Below, one piece after another: positions 27,061-39,836 of a stretch of DNA of 64,000 bases (its first letter is position 1; every line of letters starts with the position of its first letter). The translations under genes and the position numbers were made by a program. The notes beneath the pieces are model-generated. The model ran no database searches and was not told the DNA's origin. It saw nothing but the letters and a program-made list of their open reading frames with translations. The stretch comes from Saccostrea echinata. Its lineage: Eukaryota. Where the stretch lies: contig NW_026889764.1 of the NCBI RefSeq assembly GCF_033153115.1, positions 6,262,001 to 6,326,000 of the forward strand, written 5' to 3'.

Positions 27061-28609
27061 TTTTTGTTATTTGCACCCCTCTTTTTAAGTGAAAGAAGTA
27101 CTTAAATTTGATAGCACAGGTGGTGACACTGTTTGAATATTATTTGAACATTTTTTTCATTGAAAATAATATTTTTGATGATCATTTGAGTGAGTGTGTG
27201 TGAATCTTTGGACTACCATGATAATTCACTGCTGAATTTATTCGTTTTGGCCTCAGACTGGTACTCCCTTACGTTCAGACATCTTAGGGATTGCAGATAT
27301 ACCTTGGTAGCCTTACGTGAAGTTTCACATCCAAGTACGTGTGTACGATAATCACTTTGTAGTTGTTCGATTTCTGTTTGAAGCGACTCATTTTTTGACT
27401 TGAGATTAGTAATAATTCGTCTGAGATTCTGGATCATTTTTGTACCACCTAATTGAACTTTTTTCTAACTATAAGTTAGCTTCTCTTTGCAGAAGTGTTT
27501 GAATGGTGGAGCGCATTTCAATTACCCAATTTTTTGGAAAATCGTTTTGTTCATGTTTAGATTAATCAAATACATTAGACAAAAGAAAGCATCATCATTA
27601 CAAAATATATACATACAAAGTCAAACAGTCTCTGGCATATTTTACTACTCTCGAACTACGTTTGGAAGATTTCCTCAATGTTAAATTATCTGAAGGACAC
27701 CTTTCTATTTCTTTGGCCTTTTAACAAAGGGCATCGCTATAGTCTATAACTAAATTACACCTCTTTAACCGAAAGAGATAAACGAAAGAGTGAAATATGG
27801 AGATAACGAACAGTAATCAAGCTTAAAAGTCCATTGAAACAATACAAAACAGGAGAAAAGTCTCCGGAAATTTTTTTAAAAAGTTGAGGAACGAGGGTAT
27901 GGACTTGTGCGTTTTATGTTTGCATTCATACACGCACGGTAAAGCAGCCAATCAGAATCATCCTAAATATTTCATAACGTAATGAACAACTGCGCGGCGA
28001 ACGAGAATCGAACCTGGGCCTCCCAATCAGAGAGAAAGTTTTACCACTAGGCTACCGTTACTGGTGACGAATGAAGAAAAAGTTTTACACCACTCCTACA
28101 ACTCAAATTTCATTGAAAACGACAATGGCAAAAAGTATTCTAACACTCAACCATTTATAAACAATAGACTCAAATTAATGTCATTGTAAATGCTGATTTT
28201 CCTAAAAAGTAAAGATAAAGTAAATTCATTGTCTTTTCTGGGAAAGGGAAACTTATTTTTGTCTAATTCTTCCCTCCAAAGAACACATGCAACGGAATTT
28301 GATGATTACTAATATTTTGTTAAATGAAATTGGGAAGATTATAGGCAAACGAACTTATTAAAATAATTTTAATGATTTGCAAGTATAAAATAAAGAGTTG
28401 ATTTTTACTTGTCAAGGATTTTCCCCATTTTTTCCTGTACATTAGATAAACTCAGTTTGGCTGGTTTATCCTATTTAGCGAGGAAGGAAGTGAACACAAC
28501 AGAGAAATACAAAAATACCATTCTCAAGAGCTAGGTTTAGAATACGGAAAAGCATTGAAGAGGAAAGCCAATATTGTTTTGTAGCGAATAAACTTGAAAA
28601 GTTACTGGA

Positions 28610-30544
28610 ATGGGTAAGTTTTTAAGTCCATTTCTTGATGTACTTCACTTTTCATCGGAAATTTCAGGTTTAATTAAGCATTACCTCTAAAATAGATATA
28701 CCTTATTTTTGCTTGCAAGGTAGGAAGACTCTAGGTATACAGTAATTATATTTAATCATTTTCATTGCATATATCATCAGGCTGGCATAAAACATATTCT
28801 TGGTATACCCGGCAGAAAAATTGTCTCTATGAATATGAGGAGAGGTACATCTTAAAAAAACTGTAATAATCTACCCAACAGGAAACATAAAAAGGAGTCG
28901 TTTTCTTTTAAAATATTAGATATTAGACAATTGTGTATACATGTATGTTCATTTTTTAGATAAAAGTATTTTTATGTAAAACAGAACATAAACCCACTTT
29001 ATGTGATGTAACAAAAATGTATTCATATTTCAGATTTTTTTTATCCTTAGTAAACTATAAATTCGTTTTCGAAAATTTGAACACTTGAAATGTGCCTTTT
29101 TGTTTTGCACATTCAAAGTATATGCCTGGATTTAACAGATTACTTTCATTAGAGTTAAACACTGGCATTTTTGGATTTTTACGTCTTTCACGATTTGTTC
29201 ATTATTTCATAAACGAATCCTATAGGTTTTGATAGATATATATTATTGACAATTTTGTATGTATAAAATTTTTTAATCATTTTGCATGGCAATTATTCTA
29301 CTAGTAAGTTACTCAACTATAAAGTTGATGGAACTGATCCTTTTGATTGTCAATAAAATATGTCCAAAACAAGGATTATTTAGGTCTGCCAAAAAAAAAT
29401 TATCGCAATTCTTCGAATTTCTTTAAAAAGAACTTTTCTAGTATTTGTTGTTTTTTTTTATTTCTATGAGGAGAAATCTAATAAAGTTTTAAAAAATCAG
29501 AGAATCTTATGTAAATTAGTTATCGGTATAATACCGTTATATGTACATTTTTAATTTTTACATTTTTTTTTAAAGATACATATTTAATTTACAAGATCAT
29601 TTAATCCTAAAATGCCATAAACCCAGTTTTCAGGGACATGCTTAACTTGTTACAGAAAGAATCTATGCGTTGTTTTATTATTATTTCAGCCTCAAAATAC
29701 TGGCTGTGCAATGGCTGTACACACTCCAATGAACATAGCCGTAAGAAATGTGTGCAGTGCGGGAGCAAGAATGGTCCCAGAGGTGACAATGGTAATACAT
29801 ATAATTATACATAATTGATAAATTTGTCAGATAATTTAGTGATTTCAAAGCCAAATTACAGGCTGCAGGCATTGCTTAATCTAATGACCTCCTAAGTATT
29901 ATAACAAATGTTTGGAAAACTGGATTATAAAGAATATTAAAGCTATCATTGTTTTATTTGGAAAAAACTATGCAAACAATTGAGATCTGAACAACTAAGA
30001 AAAATTTGTGACAATCAAATTACATGCATATATATTAGCAACCTGCGAAATAGTTACATGTATAAAGCAAGTACCAAAAGTGGACAAAAATCTATTTTGA
30101 GACCAACACATGACACGAGGATTTATCTAAACAACACGAGGAAATTTTTCATCGAAACCGGCGCATAACTAAGGACGTAATGTTTCAAACTCTGAGTAAA
30201 CATCTCCAAGAAACACGACAAAATCGTATAATTTTGACACTACTAATGTACTTTCGTTTAAAATTCACTCCAGACTTTCTTTGGAAGTTATCTAAACATT
30301 GATTTGATGAGGGTATCCCTAACAAAAACAACTATAGTAAACTATATTGTACTGTTAATTATAGTTCACTACAGTATCAAAGTTCGTACTATTAGAATAG
30401 AAAATCAAAGTTTTACTTATCTAACGATTACGAATCTAAGTATTATAACTTTGAATTTCAAATTGTTATATATTATTTTCTCCGATTATTACATGCCAAT
30501 TTTTATCCCCTCGTAACGAAGTTGGAGGGGATACAGTAATGTGC

Positions 30545-30588
<44 letters not shown>

Positions 30589-33500
30589 AACGGCAGTCTC
30601 GAAAACTATAATTTATTTCGGGGTCGATGTGCTGATGCTCCGCTTTGCGGTGCCCTTGTTTATATTAAAATGAAATATTACATCTATACAAAATGTATTA
30701 AGAAATTATTTTTAAGATTGTCCCCATAGTATGAAATTTAAGAGATAACAAGGTTCTACATCTCAGAAGATTTTCTAGAGTTCAGTGTCATAGTAAATCA
30801 AAGGATTAAGTATTCACTAAAGTACACTATAATTAACTACAGTAAACTGTAGTTGCATGTAACTATTGTTGACTACAGTAAACATTTTTTAGATAAGGAA
30901 GTTTTGTTTGGTATTAACCAAAAATTGATGATTTGATATCTTTAATTTTTGATTTTTAAAATTTATCTATATATTTATTCATTCATTTTTTGAAAACTTT
31001 ATTCTTTATTTCTTACCCCTCTTATCTTCTTTGATTCAACAGATATTATGTACATATAATTATGTTTTTAAATAACCTTATTTGAATATTATTCAACATC
31101 CTTATTTCACTAAAAACTGGAATTGATTTTTTACAGATAGCTACCGGTATATTACAAGCAATATCAAGACTTATAGGGAGATCAATACCTAATAGGTACC
31201 ATTTCTCTCGTGATTTAATCATAACTATCGTTTGTTTACAGACATGTGGGCATGTCCCCAATGCACCTTTAGCAACGAAGGATATAAGTCAAAATGTTCA
31301 GCATGTGGATCACACAAAGGTAAGAATTTTCAAAAATTAAAAATGATAGACTTTACTTCTCTTCATGTTAGCATAACAAAATAAATCTACAACTGACAGA
31401 AGCATAATCATCAAACTTATTGAAAGAGAGGACGCGGATGATATTTACTTTTGAAAAATGCTAACATCGGATTGAAAAGCAAAACTATATGTACATAGTA
31501 CACATCTTGATTACAAGTAAAACGTATGTATTTGTTTGTTCGTTTGTTGTTTAACTTCCCTCAGAGAAATTTTTACTCATATTGAGACGCCACCACTTGT
31601 CTGTAGAGGGCTGCAAATTTAGATCTGTACTCGGCATTTAGGGCCTTTGAGCAGTGCGGGATGATCTTTTTACTGCCAGCACCTACTGCGACACGAGACC
31701 TCGGTTCATACGGTCTCATCATCCGAAAGAAAGGTCTCCATAGTCCGCAGTGGGATTCGAACCCACGTCGTAAGGATCAACTCCTTACTTTGCGACCTCA
31801 GAGCAAACGCTCTAGCCACTGCAAGAGCTCGTTCCGTGATCGGAAGGTCGTGTGTTCGAATCACGGCCGCGGCTGACTTAAGTCGATAAAAAATTAGGTA
31901 GCAACTCTTCGCCAAGGGATTTGAAGTGAAAGTTGCGACTCTTTCGGATGAGTCCTTAAAAACCGAGGTCTCGTGTCACAGTAGACGTTGGCACGATAAA
32001 ATAAATCTCACTGCTCAATGACCCTGAGTGCCGAGTAAAGGTCTAAATTTGAAGCCCTTCACGGTATATGGTAAGATCTCTATATTAGTGAAAATTCTCG
32101 AATGGGATGTAAAACGACATGAAATATATGGAGATTACAAACAAGCTCAAAAGTCCATTAAATATTACAAAATAGGAGCAGAGCAAACACCGACCTCCAA
32201 AACATCAGAGGTGAGATCCGGTGCCATGAAGGAGTGAGCATCTCCTGCCGACCGGTCACACCCGCCTTCTGCTCCTTGTCAAGATCGGGAAATAACGGAA
32301 AAATCCGTCGACAATTCAGTGTGTATATAATGGCCTAACAATTAGTATGAAAAACGTCAGTCAGCATTTGACTCAATGATAAATTGTATTTGCTGACAAG
32401 GTCATTGTATCGACCAAAGAACTTACGAAATGATGACTTTAAACAGACTGCTGATATTCTTTCATCAACTTGTTTGTCAATAATTTACCTCGTTTTAGAA
32501 ATTGTACATACGTAGAACATGCTCTTGCGTATCGAATCAACTGAGAGACATAAACCCCGTATAACATACAATCAATCAAACAGTCTAACCACTGCGCCAC
32601 GCGGGCGACTGTATATATTTGTTTTTTGAAAGTAGAGTATATCAACTAATGTCAATCAGTTATTTTTTATTTTCATTGATATTTTTCAGGTTCTGGTGGC
32701 GGGGGTCACAGCGCAAGAGGTCGAGGAGGGGGGCGATCGAAATACGGAAAAGTGACTGATGATGAGGTGCGCATCGTCCTTTTAGGAAAAACCGGAACTG
32801 GAAAAAGCGCCACCGGAAATACAATCTTAAATGGTGATTTCTTTGATTCCACAACGTCTGGCTCTTCTGTGACATCGCGTTGCACCAGCAGACATGCCGA
32901 AAGGTTTGGCAGGGATATTCAAGTAGTAGATACACCAGGGATATTTGATACCAATATCCCAAATGATAGAGTTCAGAGAGAAATTGTCAAATGTATTGGA
33001 ATCACAGCCCCAGGTCCACACTGCTTTCTTCTTGTCCTCGGACTTTCCCGGTTTACACAGGAAGAAGAGGAAAGCGTTGATCACTTTGTCAATTACTTTG
33101 GAAATAAAGTTTTTCGACATTTCATCATTCTCTTCACCAGAAAAGATGATCTGGATCACCACGGCTTGACATTGGACGATCACATTCGAACTGTTCCTCA
33201 AAGTCTGAAATCAATCATTCGGAAGTGTGACAATCGCTGTATTGCCTTTAACAACCGAGCTACAGGGCCCGAACGACAAGATCAAGTAGAGGATCTTCTA
33301 GAGATGATAGACGACATTGTTCGGCAGAATCATGGAGATTGTTACACAAACGACATGTACTCTGAGGCTGAAAAGGTTATGAAACAAAGACAATACCAAA
33401 TAGAGAAGAAAAGGGAACGACAGCGTGAGCGAGAAAGAAAAGAAATCGAACGTGAAATAGAGCAGAAATACAAACATCAGATAAGCGGTCACTCTAGAAA

Positions 33501-33972
33501 CCAAAATGCTCTAGAAAACCGAGTTGCAGAGCTGGAATCTAAACGAGACTACTATATGAGTCGGTCATCAGATTTGAACAGGGAGATCCATGAACTCGAG
33601 GACGAGATAGAATACGAAAGAAGGCAACATGGTTCTCCTAGCTCCCATCTTTTAAAGAAACTCAGGAATTTAGAAGACGAGCGTACTAGATTGGGATCTG
33701 GAAAAGAGAAGGAAATGGAGAGGGAAATAGAAGATCTCAGAGTAGAGCTCAAGCGCATGCACAAGCACTCCAAAAAGATGGCAAAGGAGAAAGACAGAAT
33801 GTACCAAGAAAAGCTGGAAGAGCATGACCGGAGGTTTAGAGAGATGGAGAATGCACGTCACGAGGTAAGGCAGGAAGTAGAAACTGGTTCCGGAAATGTG
33901 GGAGAGGCTCTTCTTGGTGGTATAATGACCATAGGAAAGCTAATATGGAAAGGAATACAGATGATGATTTAA
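28610..33972 (+). CDS. GIMAP: GIMAP/AIG1-family GTPase paralogue 2, intact 488 aa: 2x RanBP2/NZF zinc finger - RG linker - AIG1 GTPase - coiled coil - amphipathic tail (exons 28610-28613, 29690-29791, 31242-31319, 32690-33972)
   Basis: All phase-1 GT..AG junctions join in frame: MASKYWLCNGCTHSNEHSRKKCVQCGSKNGPRGDNDMWACPQCTFSNEGYKSKCSACGSHKGSGGGGHSARGRGGGRSKYGKVTDDEVRIVLLGKTGTGKS... Confidence 0.9.
31530..32115. mobile_element. Two tRNA-derived SINE copies in inverted (head-to-head) orientation
   Basis: B-box gggattcgaaccc (minus copy) and gtgttcgaatc (plus copy); the bodies are mutually reverse-complementary. Further fragments at ~22590-22770 and ~37585-37680. Confidence 0.7.
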
Positions 33973-35464
33973 TATTTGTGCACTTTACTTTGACAGTTGC
34001 ACTCAAAATCTTTCCTGTTTTGTTTGTTTGTTTTTGGGAGGGGGATTTGGTTTTGAGAAATCGCATGGGACTACATATTTTTTTTAAGAGCGAAAAGTGT
34101 TTTATTCAATTGTTACTTTACATTCGAATTGTACATTTTAAACTTGTAGATTAACTGTAAAATGTTCTGATTTCAAGATGTTTAAAATGTTCATCGTAGC
34201 AATCTCACAGGCGTGGTGGACGAGGTCGCGGTAGAGGAAGGTCACGTAGAAGCCATATTAACCACGAAATTCCACCTGGTTAGTTCTGGATGCTGACAGT
34301 CTTGTTTTCTATTGTTTGAAATATACAATGAAACTAAATAAATTATACAATTACTTGCATTGATTTGTGTTATCTGCTCCATTTGTCACAAACTTTATTT
34401 GTACCTATTAAAACTTGAAAAAAGAGAAATTTTGAAATAGATTGATTTATTGACCTTGACACCTGACCTGCTTATATAATTCATTTGTATTCCAAATTAT
34501 CATTATCATAATATCTTGCTAGGTAGTATATCTTTTAAGGAAGGTTTTGCGTTTAAGCATGTGCAATGTTTGCCAAAATATATACTTTAATTTAATCCTG
34601 TCCCATTCAAGATTTCTTTGCTGTAAACGGACACCACTTTGCATGAACTTAAAGACATACACGCTATATAAACGCGACTTTTTAAGGAAACAAAATGATT
34701 AAATGATTTGAGAAACATGATATGTAATAAAAATAATACTTTCCATAAAGTTTTACTAAATAAGTCGTTGTAATTACTGAACAATTAAGCAAAATCAGGA
34801 ATTAAGAAAGGAGTCTTTTCAAGAATATTGATGAAGGAAGTGCGTAAACAGAATATAGATACGCATGTCCGCAAGAAATCAAGGATGAGGAAGTACGTTG
34901 CATTTTGACTACAATTATGAATAAGAGGTTAATATCTGCCATTACAGAGTAGATGGTTAATACTGGATGTTTTAAAATATAAGTATCTTTAAGCATTAGA
35001 CGTGTGTAATCTATATCAAACGTTATTTGTATACTAAACGGCCTAACTCGTTTTCTGTTTATCAATCTAAAAGTAGCGACGGTGTCACATGATGCATTAA
35101 TTTAAAGAGAGGCATTACTTTCCTGGCAGGAAAATAAATAATTATAATTTGAGACCTTTATAACACGTTAATTTTCAGTTGTGTAATTTACAGTATTTTT
35201 GTAGCTTTATTTGGTAAGCAAAATATATAAATTTCAGACTTTATTTTTAACTGACGCAAGTTATAGCGTTTATATCTTTAACATTCCATATCATTTTTTG
35301 TAGCAAAGACATAATTTTTAAACGATTTCAAAGTGTCATGTCCCAGCAATTGTGTCCCTGGGAAAAGAAGTGTCTTAAATCTCTTTTTATTGAAAACAAA
35401 ATTAAAATTTCACTAGTTTTAGCATTGACACGAATTCTGACGGATAAACAGTCGTAATAATATC

Positions 35465-35506
<42 letters not shown>

Positions 35507-36932
35507 TATCCAATAGAGTTTCAAATCAAATTACCAAATGATTGTTTACAGAATTACGTAGATTTTTTTATATATATACTTTTTTTAATCCATTTGAAAT
35601 CTACAACATTCATCCCCTATAACACATATGAAATCTTTTTAAAAGGCGGAAGAATACACAATAGGAACTAAAATACTTTTAATACACTAGGAACATAAGA
35701 ATGTATATAAATGTAGTTTTGGCTCAAAGGCAATTTAATTGAAAAAAAAAAAAACAGTTTACCTATTGAATTGTTGTAAGAGTATAAAATTCATTTTATA
35801 TTAAATATTCATTTTTACGCCAAAAAGGCTCTTACCACACCTGCTCTGAAAAATTTATTACAAGATAAAAGGAAATAATCATTTATGAAGAGAGAAAATT
35901 AGAGAATGTAAATATAAGCATTGAATCTTTATTTTTGGGTGTCATTGGTCGTATAACAGCACCTGTCCGTGCCGGAAATATTTAATTTACGATCGACAAC
36001 ATCCAAACATAAGAATTCGATGCTTACGGTCATATATGACTTATTTTTTTATAAGTTCAGACTGATTAAAATTAGAAAGATCTTTCTATTTGTTTTATTA
36101 CTTTATATAAAGATAGGACTTTCCTGTAAATTACACAATTTAAATCAATCTCGTTTAAAGGTATTAGACATTCAAAACAATTACCTACATATATTTATTT
36201 ACCGACTTCGCATTTAGTTAACAGACCCAGTTTAAAATCAATTTAACGATGGAATTGTGAGGTTCAAGTTCAAAATCGGGGAAAATTTTGATTTGAACGT
36301 AAATAACATATATCGTGTTTATCTACACTCAATCTCGTATTTTTATTTTTTAGCTCAGATACGCCAAATATAGCTTTAAATGAAACTTAAACTGACTACA
36401 TCAATGTACAATGTATTTGTTAATTTTCGGGGAGAATATTTATATGCATCTTTGGCAATGCTGTAGCAATTCTTCATATTGCAATATTAACCACTCATGA
36501 TCTAGAAAAGACTTTAAGCTAGGAATTCACGATTTTCTAAATCTAACCAGTTTTATGCAGAAAATAGAATATTTATAGCATTTGACGTGTACGGAACATG
36601 ATATAAACTAAGATGCTTAATATTTGGACGGAGTCCAATTGTCCAGTTGTGTCTTGTATTGCCAGAAAAGACAAGGAAATTACCAGAAAAATTAATTGAC
36701 ACAAGGAAACAACATTCATGAAATAATTATTTCCAGTATTATAAAACATACTAGTTAGAGAATGTTTTATTTAAAATTTGCAACTCAATAAATCAAAATT
36801 CCTCCGACTTCATTGTATAAATTAATGATTCTCTAATCATGTGTGCCAGTAGTGATTTCAACGGAGGTAGGATTTTCATAGATTTATTGTTTAATATACC
36901 TTTTTGACGGTTGGTTCTAAAAGTCAGTGTCA

Positions 36933-37075
36933 NNNNNNNNNNNNNNNNNNNNNNNNNNNNNNNNNNNNNNNNNNNNNNNNNNNNNNNNNNNNNNNNNNNN
37001 NNNNNNNNNNNNNNNNNNNNNNNNNNNNNNNNNNNNNNNNNNNNNNNNNNNNNNNNNNNNNNNNNNNNNNNNNNN
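36933..37075. other. Assembly gap
   Basis: Run of N. Confidence 0.99.
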
Positions 37076-38387
37076 TTGACAGTTTAGTCTGTATAAAAAT
37101 TTATGCACGATGTTCTATTTATGTTGTAGTAAATTATCAGTGAATTGATTTAACGATTTGGCAGGGAATTTGGAAGAAGATATCTTTCTCATAAGATTAG
37201 TTTAATTTTATCAATAAATTGGTTTTTATAGGATGAACTATCTGAATTTGCTATACTCTTTAAGCATCCTAGGTTAAAGTTTTTAGAACACATTTATTTT
37301 CCAAGAAAAATGCTGTATACATGTACTTGCATAATTCGACCAAAATTACAAGGACGATGCATCTAGCAATACCTGCTATCATTCAAGCGTCGGATGCTAC
37401 ATTTGATCTACGTTTCCTGGATGATAAACTAGTTTAGACATTTCGGTGCAGAAACCTAACCCAATCAGTTTTTAACCAACCTTGCACGATAGATATATGA
37501 CCATATTTGGAAGCTTACAATTTGGTCATACTTTGGATGCTGCGTGTGACCTGTATTATTTGGATGATCAGATTCAAGTCCCTCATTGCTCAATGGCCCT
37601 GAATGCCGAGTATAGGTCTAAATTTGAAGCCTTTCGCCGATTTATGATGATGTCTCTATATGACTGAAACTTTCTCGAATTTATTCAATCAATCAATATT
37701 TTGTTAGTGGTTACCATGGCTGTTGATTAATGATAAAGTAATTTCATTTATAATTTAATGAATGTAAGGTCATCCACTAATACTTTGATGCAGACATATG
37801 CATGGTCTATGTTTTCATGATTAAAGTTCTAAGCACATTCGTTTTTTTTTCATCTTATAAGATTTTACATTATCAATATAGATTACATTCGGCAAAAAAA
37901 AAAAGGGGGGGTAATGTTTCCTTTTTAAACACATATCGCAACGTAGTTTATTTTCTTATACTCTCTATATAATTGAAGGACATTTGTATTACTTTGATAA
38001 TGGCAAATGACGCTGAAAGTTTTAGGAAATATCAACTAAAACTATATTCATTTAGGTATATTTCTCTTTGAATAACTCAAGGATTTTCATCGTTGGATAT
38101 CTATTTAAAACCAATATTTTTATATACTGATATTTGTTTTTGTCTAAGAACATCTGATGGTACTACCAGTTTAAATTAAAAATACATGTATCTTGAAAAA
38201 TCATCAATGGGCAAGGTACTTTAAAAGGTACGTTGCGCATGACCCTAAGAACTAAAATGTATAAACAACGAAGTAGATGAAATGTTCGTAAAGATTCTAA
38301 TTCATAGCCAAAATCATAGATTACAATTTTCCATGGAAACTAATAAAGAACTCTGTGCCGTCCACTCAGATCATTTTCAGAATGCTA

Positions 38388-38459
38388 CATCGTCGGAACC
38401 CACGGGTTTTCTCTCCGTTACACTACATTCAACGAGAAAACCCGTGGGTTCCGACGATG
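38388..38459. mobile_element. 72-bp minimal MITE with 26-bp perfect TIRs and 9-bp TSD
   Basis: catcgtcggaacccacgggttttctc / gagaaaacccgtgggttccgacgatg, flanked by agaatgcta on both sides. Confidence 0.85.
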
Positions 38460-38550
38460 AGAATGCTAGTACATGTATACAACTGTGTTTCTCGTGAATA
38501 CTTTACAAATAAGTCTGAACACGAAATGCAGTTATATTAACTATTCAAAG

Positions 38551-39836
38551 GATATGGTGGAGGCCACAAACATCCAAAGAGAGGAAGAGGGCGCTCCAAA
38601 TACGGAAAAGGTGTAGATAATGAAGTACGAATTGTTCTTCTCGGAAAGACCGGAACAGGAAAAAGCGCCACCGGAAACACTATTTTAAACGGTGATTTCT
38701 TTGATTCTTCGACTTCTGGCTCTTCTGTAACGTCACTTTGTACTAGCAAACATACCCAACGGTTTGGCAAGGATATTCAAGTTGTTGATACACCAGGAAT
38801 ATTTGATACCAATGCCCCAAATGATGTTGTTCAGAGAGAAATTGCAAAATGTATCGGAATCACTGCTCCTGGTCCGCACTGTTTTCTGCTTGTCCTCGGA
38901 CTTTCCCGCTTTACACAGGAGGAAGAGGAGAGCATTGGTCACTTTGTTACATACTTTGGAAAGAAAGTATTTCGATATTTCATCATACTCTTTACCAGAA
39001 AAGATGACCTAGATCACCACGGCTTGACATTGGACGATCACATCAAAAGTGTTCCGCCAAGTCTGAAATCAATCATTCGAAAGTGTGACAATCGCTGTAT
39101 TGCCTTCAACAACCGAGCCACAAGCCCCGAACTGCATGACCAAGTAGAAGATCTTCTAGAAATGATAGACGAAATCATGCGCCAGAATCAAGGAGAATTT
39201 TACAGCGATGAGTTGTACACAGAGGCAGAGAAAGTGATGAAACACCGACAATATCAAATTGAGAAAGAGAGAGAACGGGAGAAAGAGCGAGAGAGAAAGA
39301 ATATTGAAAGAGAATTAGAGCAGAAATATAAAAGTCACATGGGAGCTCATATCCAGAACCAAAGCGCTCTAGAGCACCGCGTCGCAGAGCTTGAGTCCAG
39401 AAAACACTACCAATCTAGCCGAACACCTATACTTCAGCGAGAAATAAGTGAGCTAAAGGAGCAGATTGATTACGAGAGACGCCAGTATGGGAAACCAAGT
39501 TCCAACCTTTTGACCAAACTCAAACAACTTGAAGACGAGAGGGTAAGCATGGGGTCTATGACAGATAATGCAATGGAGGAGGAGATAAATGACCTCCGTA
39601 AAGAACTAAAACATATGAAAAAACACTCCAAGGAAATGGAGGAGGAAAGGGACCGATCTATCCAAGAAAAGCTACAGGAGCATGAGCAGAAGTTCAGTCA
39701 GTTGGAAAATCCTCGTCAGGAGGTTAGAAAGGAAGTAGAAAGTGGTTCTGGACTCGTGAATGAGGTTTTGATGGGCGCTATAGTGTCTGTTGGAAAGGTT
39801 GCATGGAAAGGAGTAAAATGGCTATTCAATTTCTAA
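38551..39836 (+). CDS. GIMAP: GIMAP/AIG1-family GTPase paralogue 3, terminal exon (upstream exons not located)
   Basis: Acceptor ttcaaag|GATATGG. Open frame GYGGGHKHPKRGRGRSKYGKGVDNEVRIVLLGKTGTGKS..DTPG..TRKD is continuous with ORF 39024-39836. Confidence 0.88.

Noticed and set aside
27213-27437. 74-aa coiled-coil-like ORF
   Set aside because: No splice context or recognisable domain; probably a retroelement ORF1 remnant.
31745-31870. tRNA genes suggested by B-box motifs
   Set aside because: No cloverleaf; these are SINE heads.
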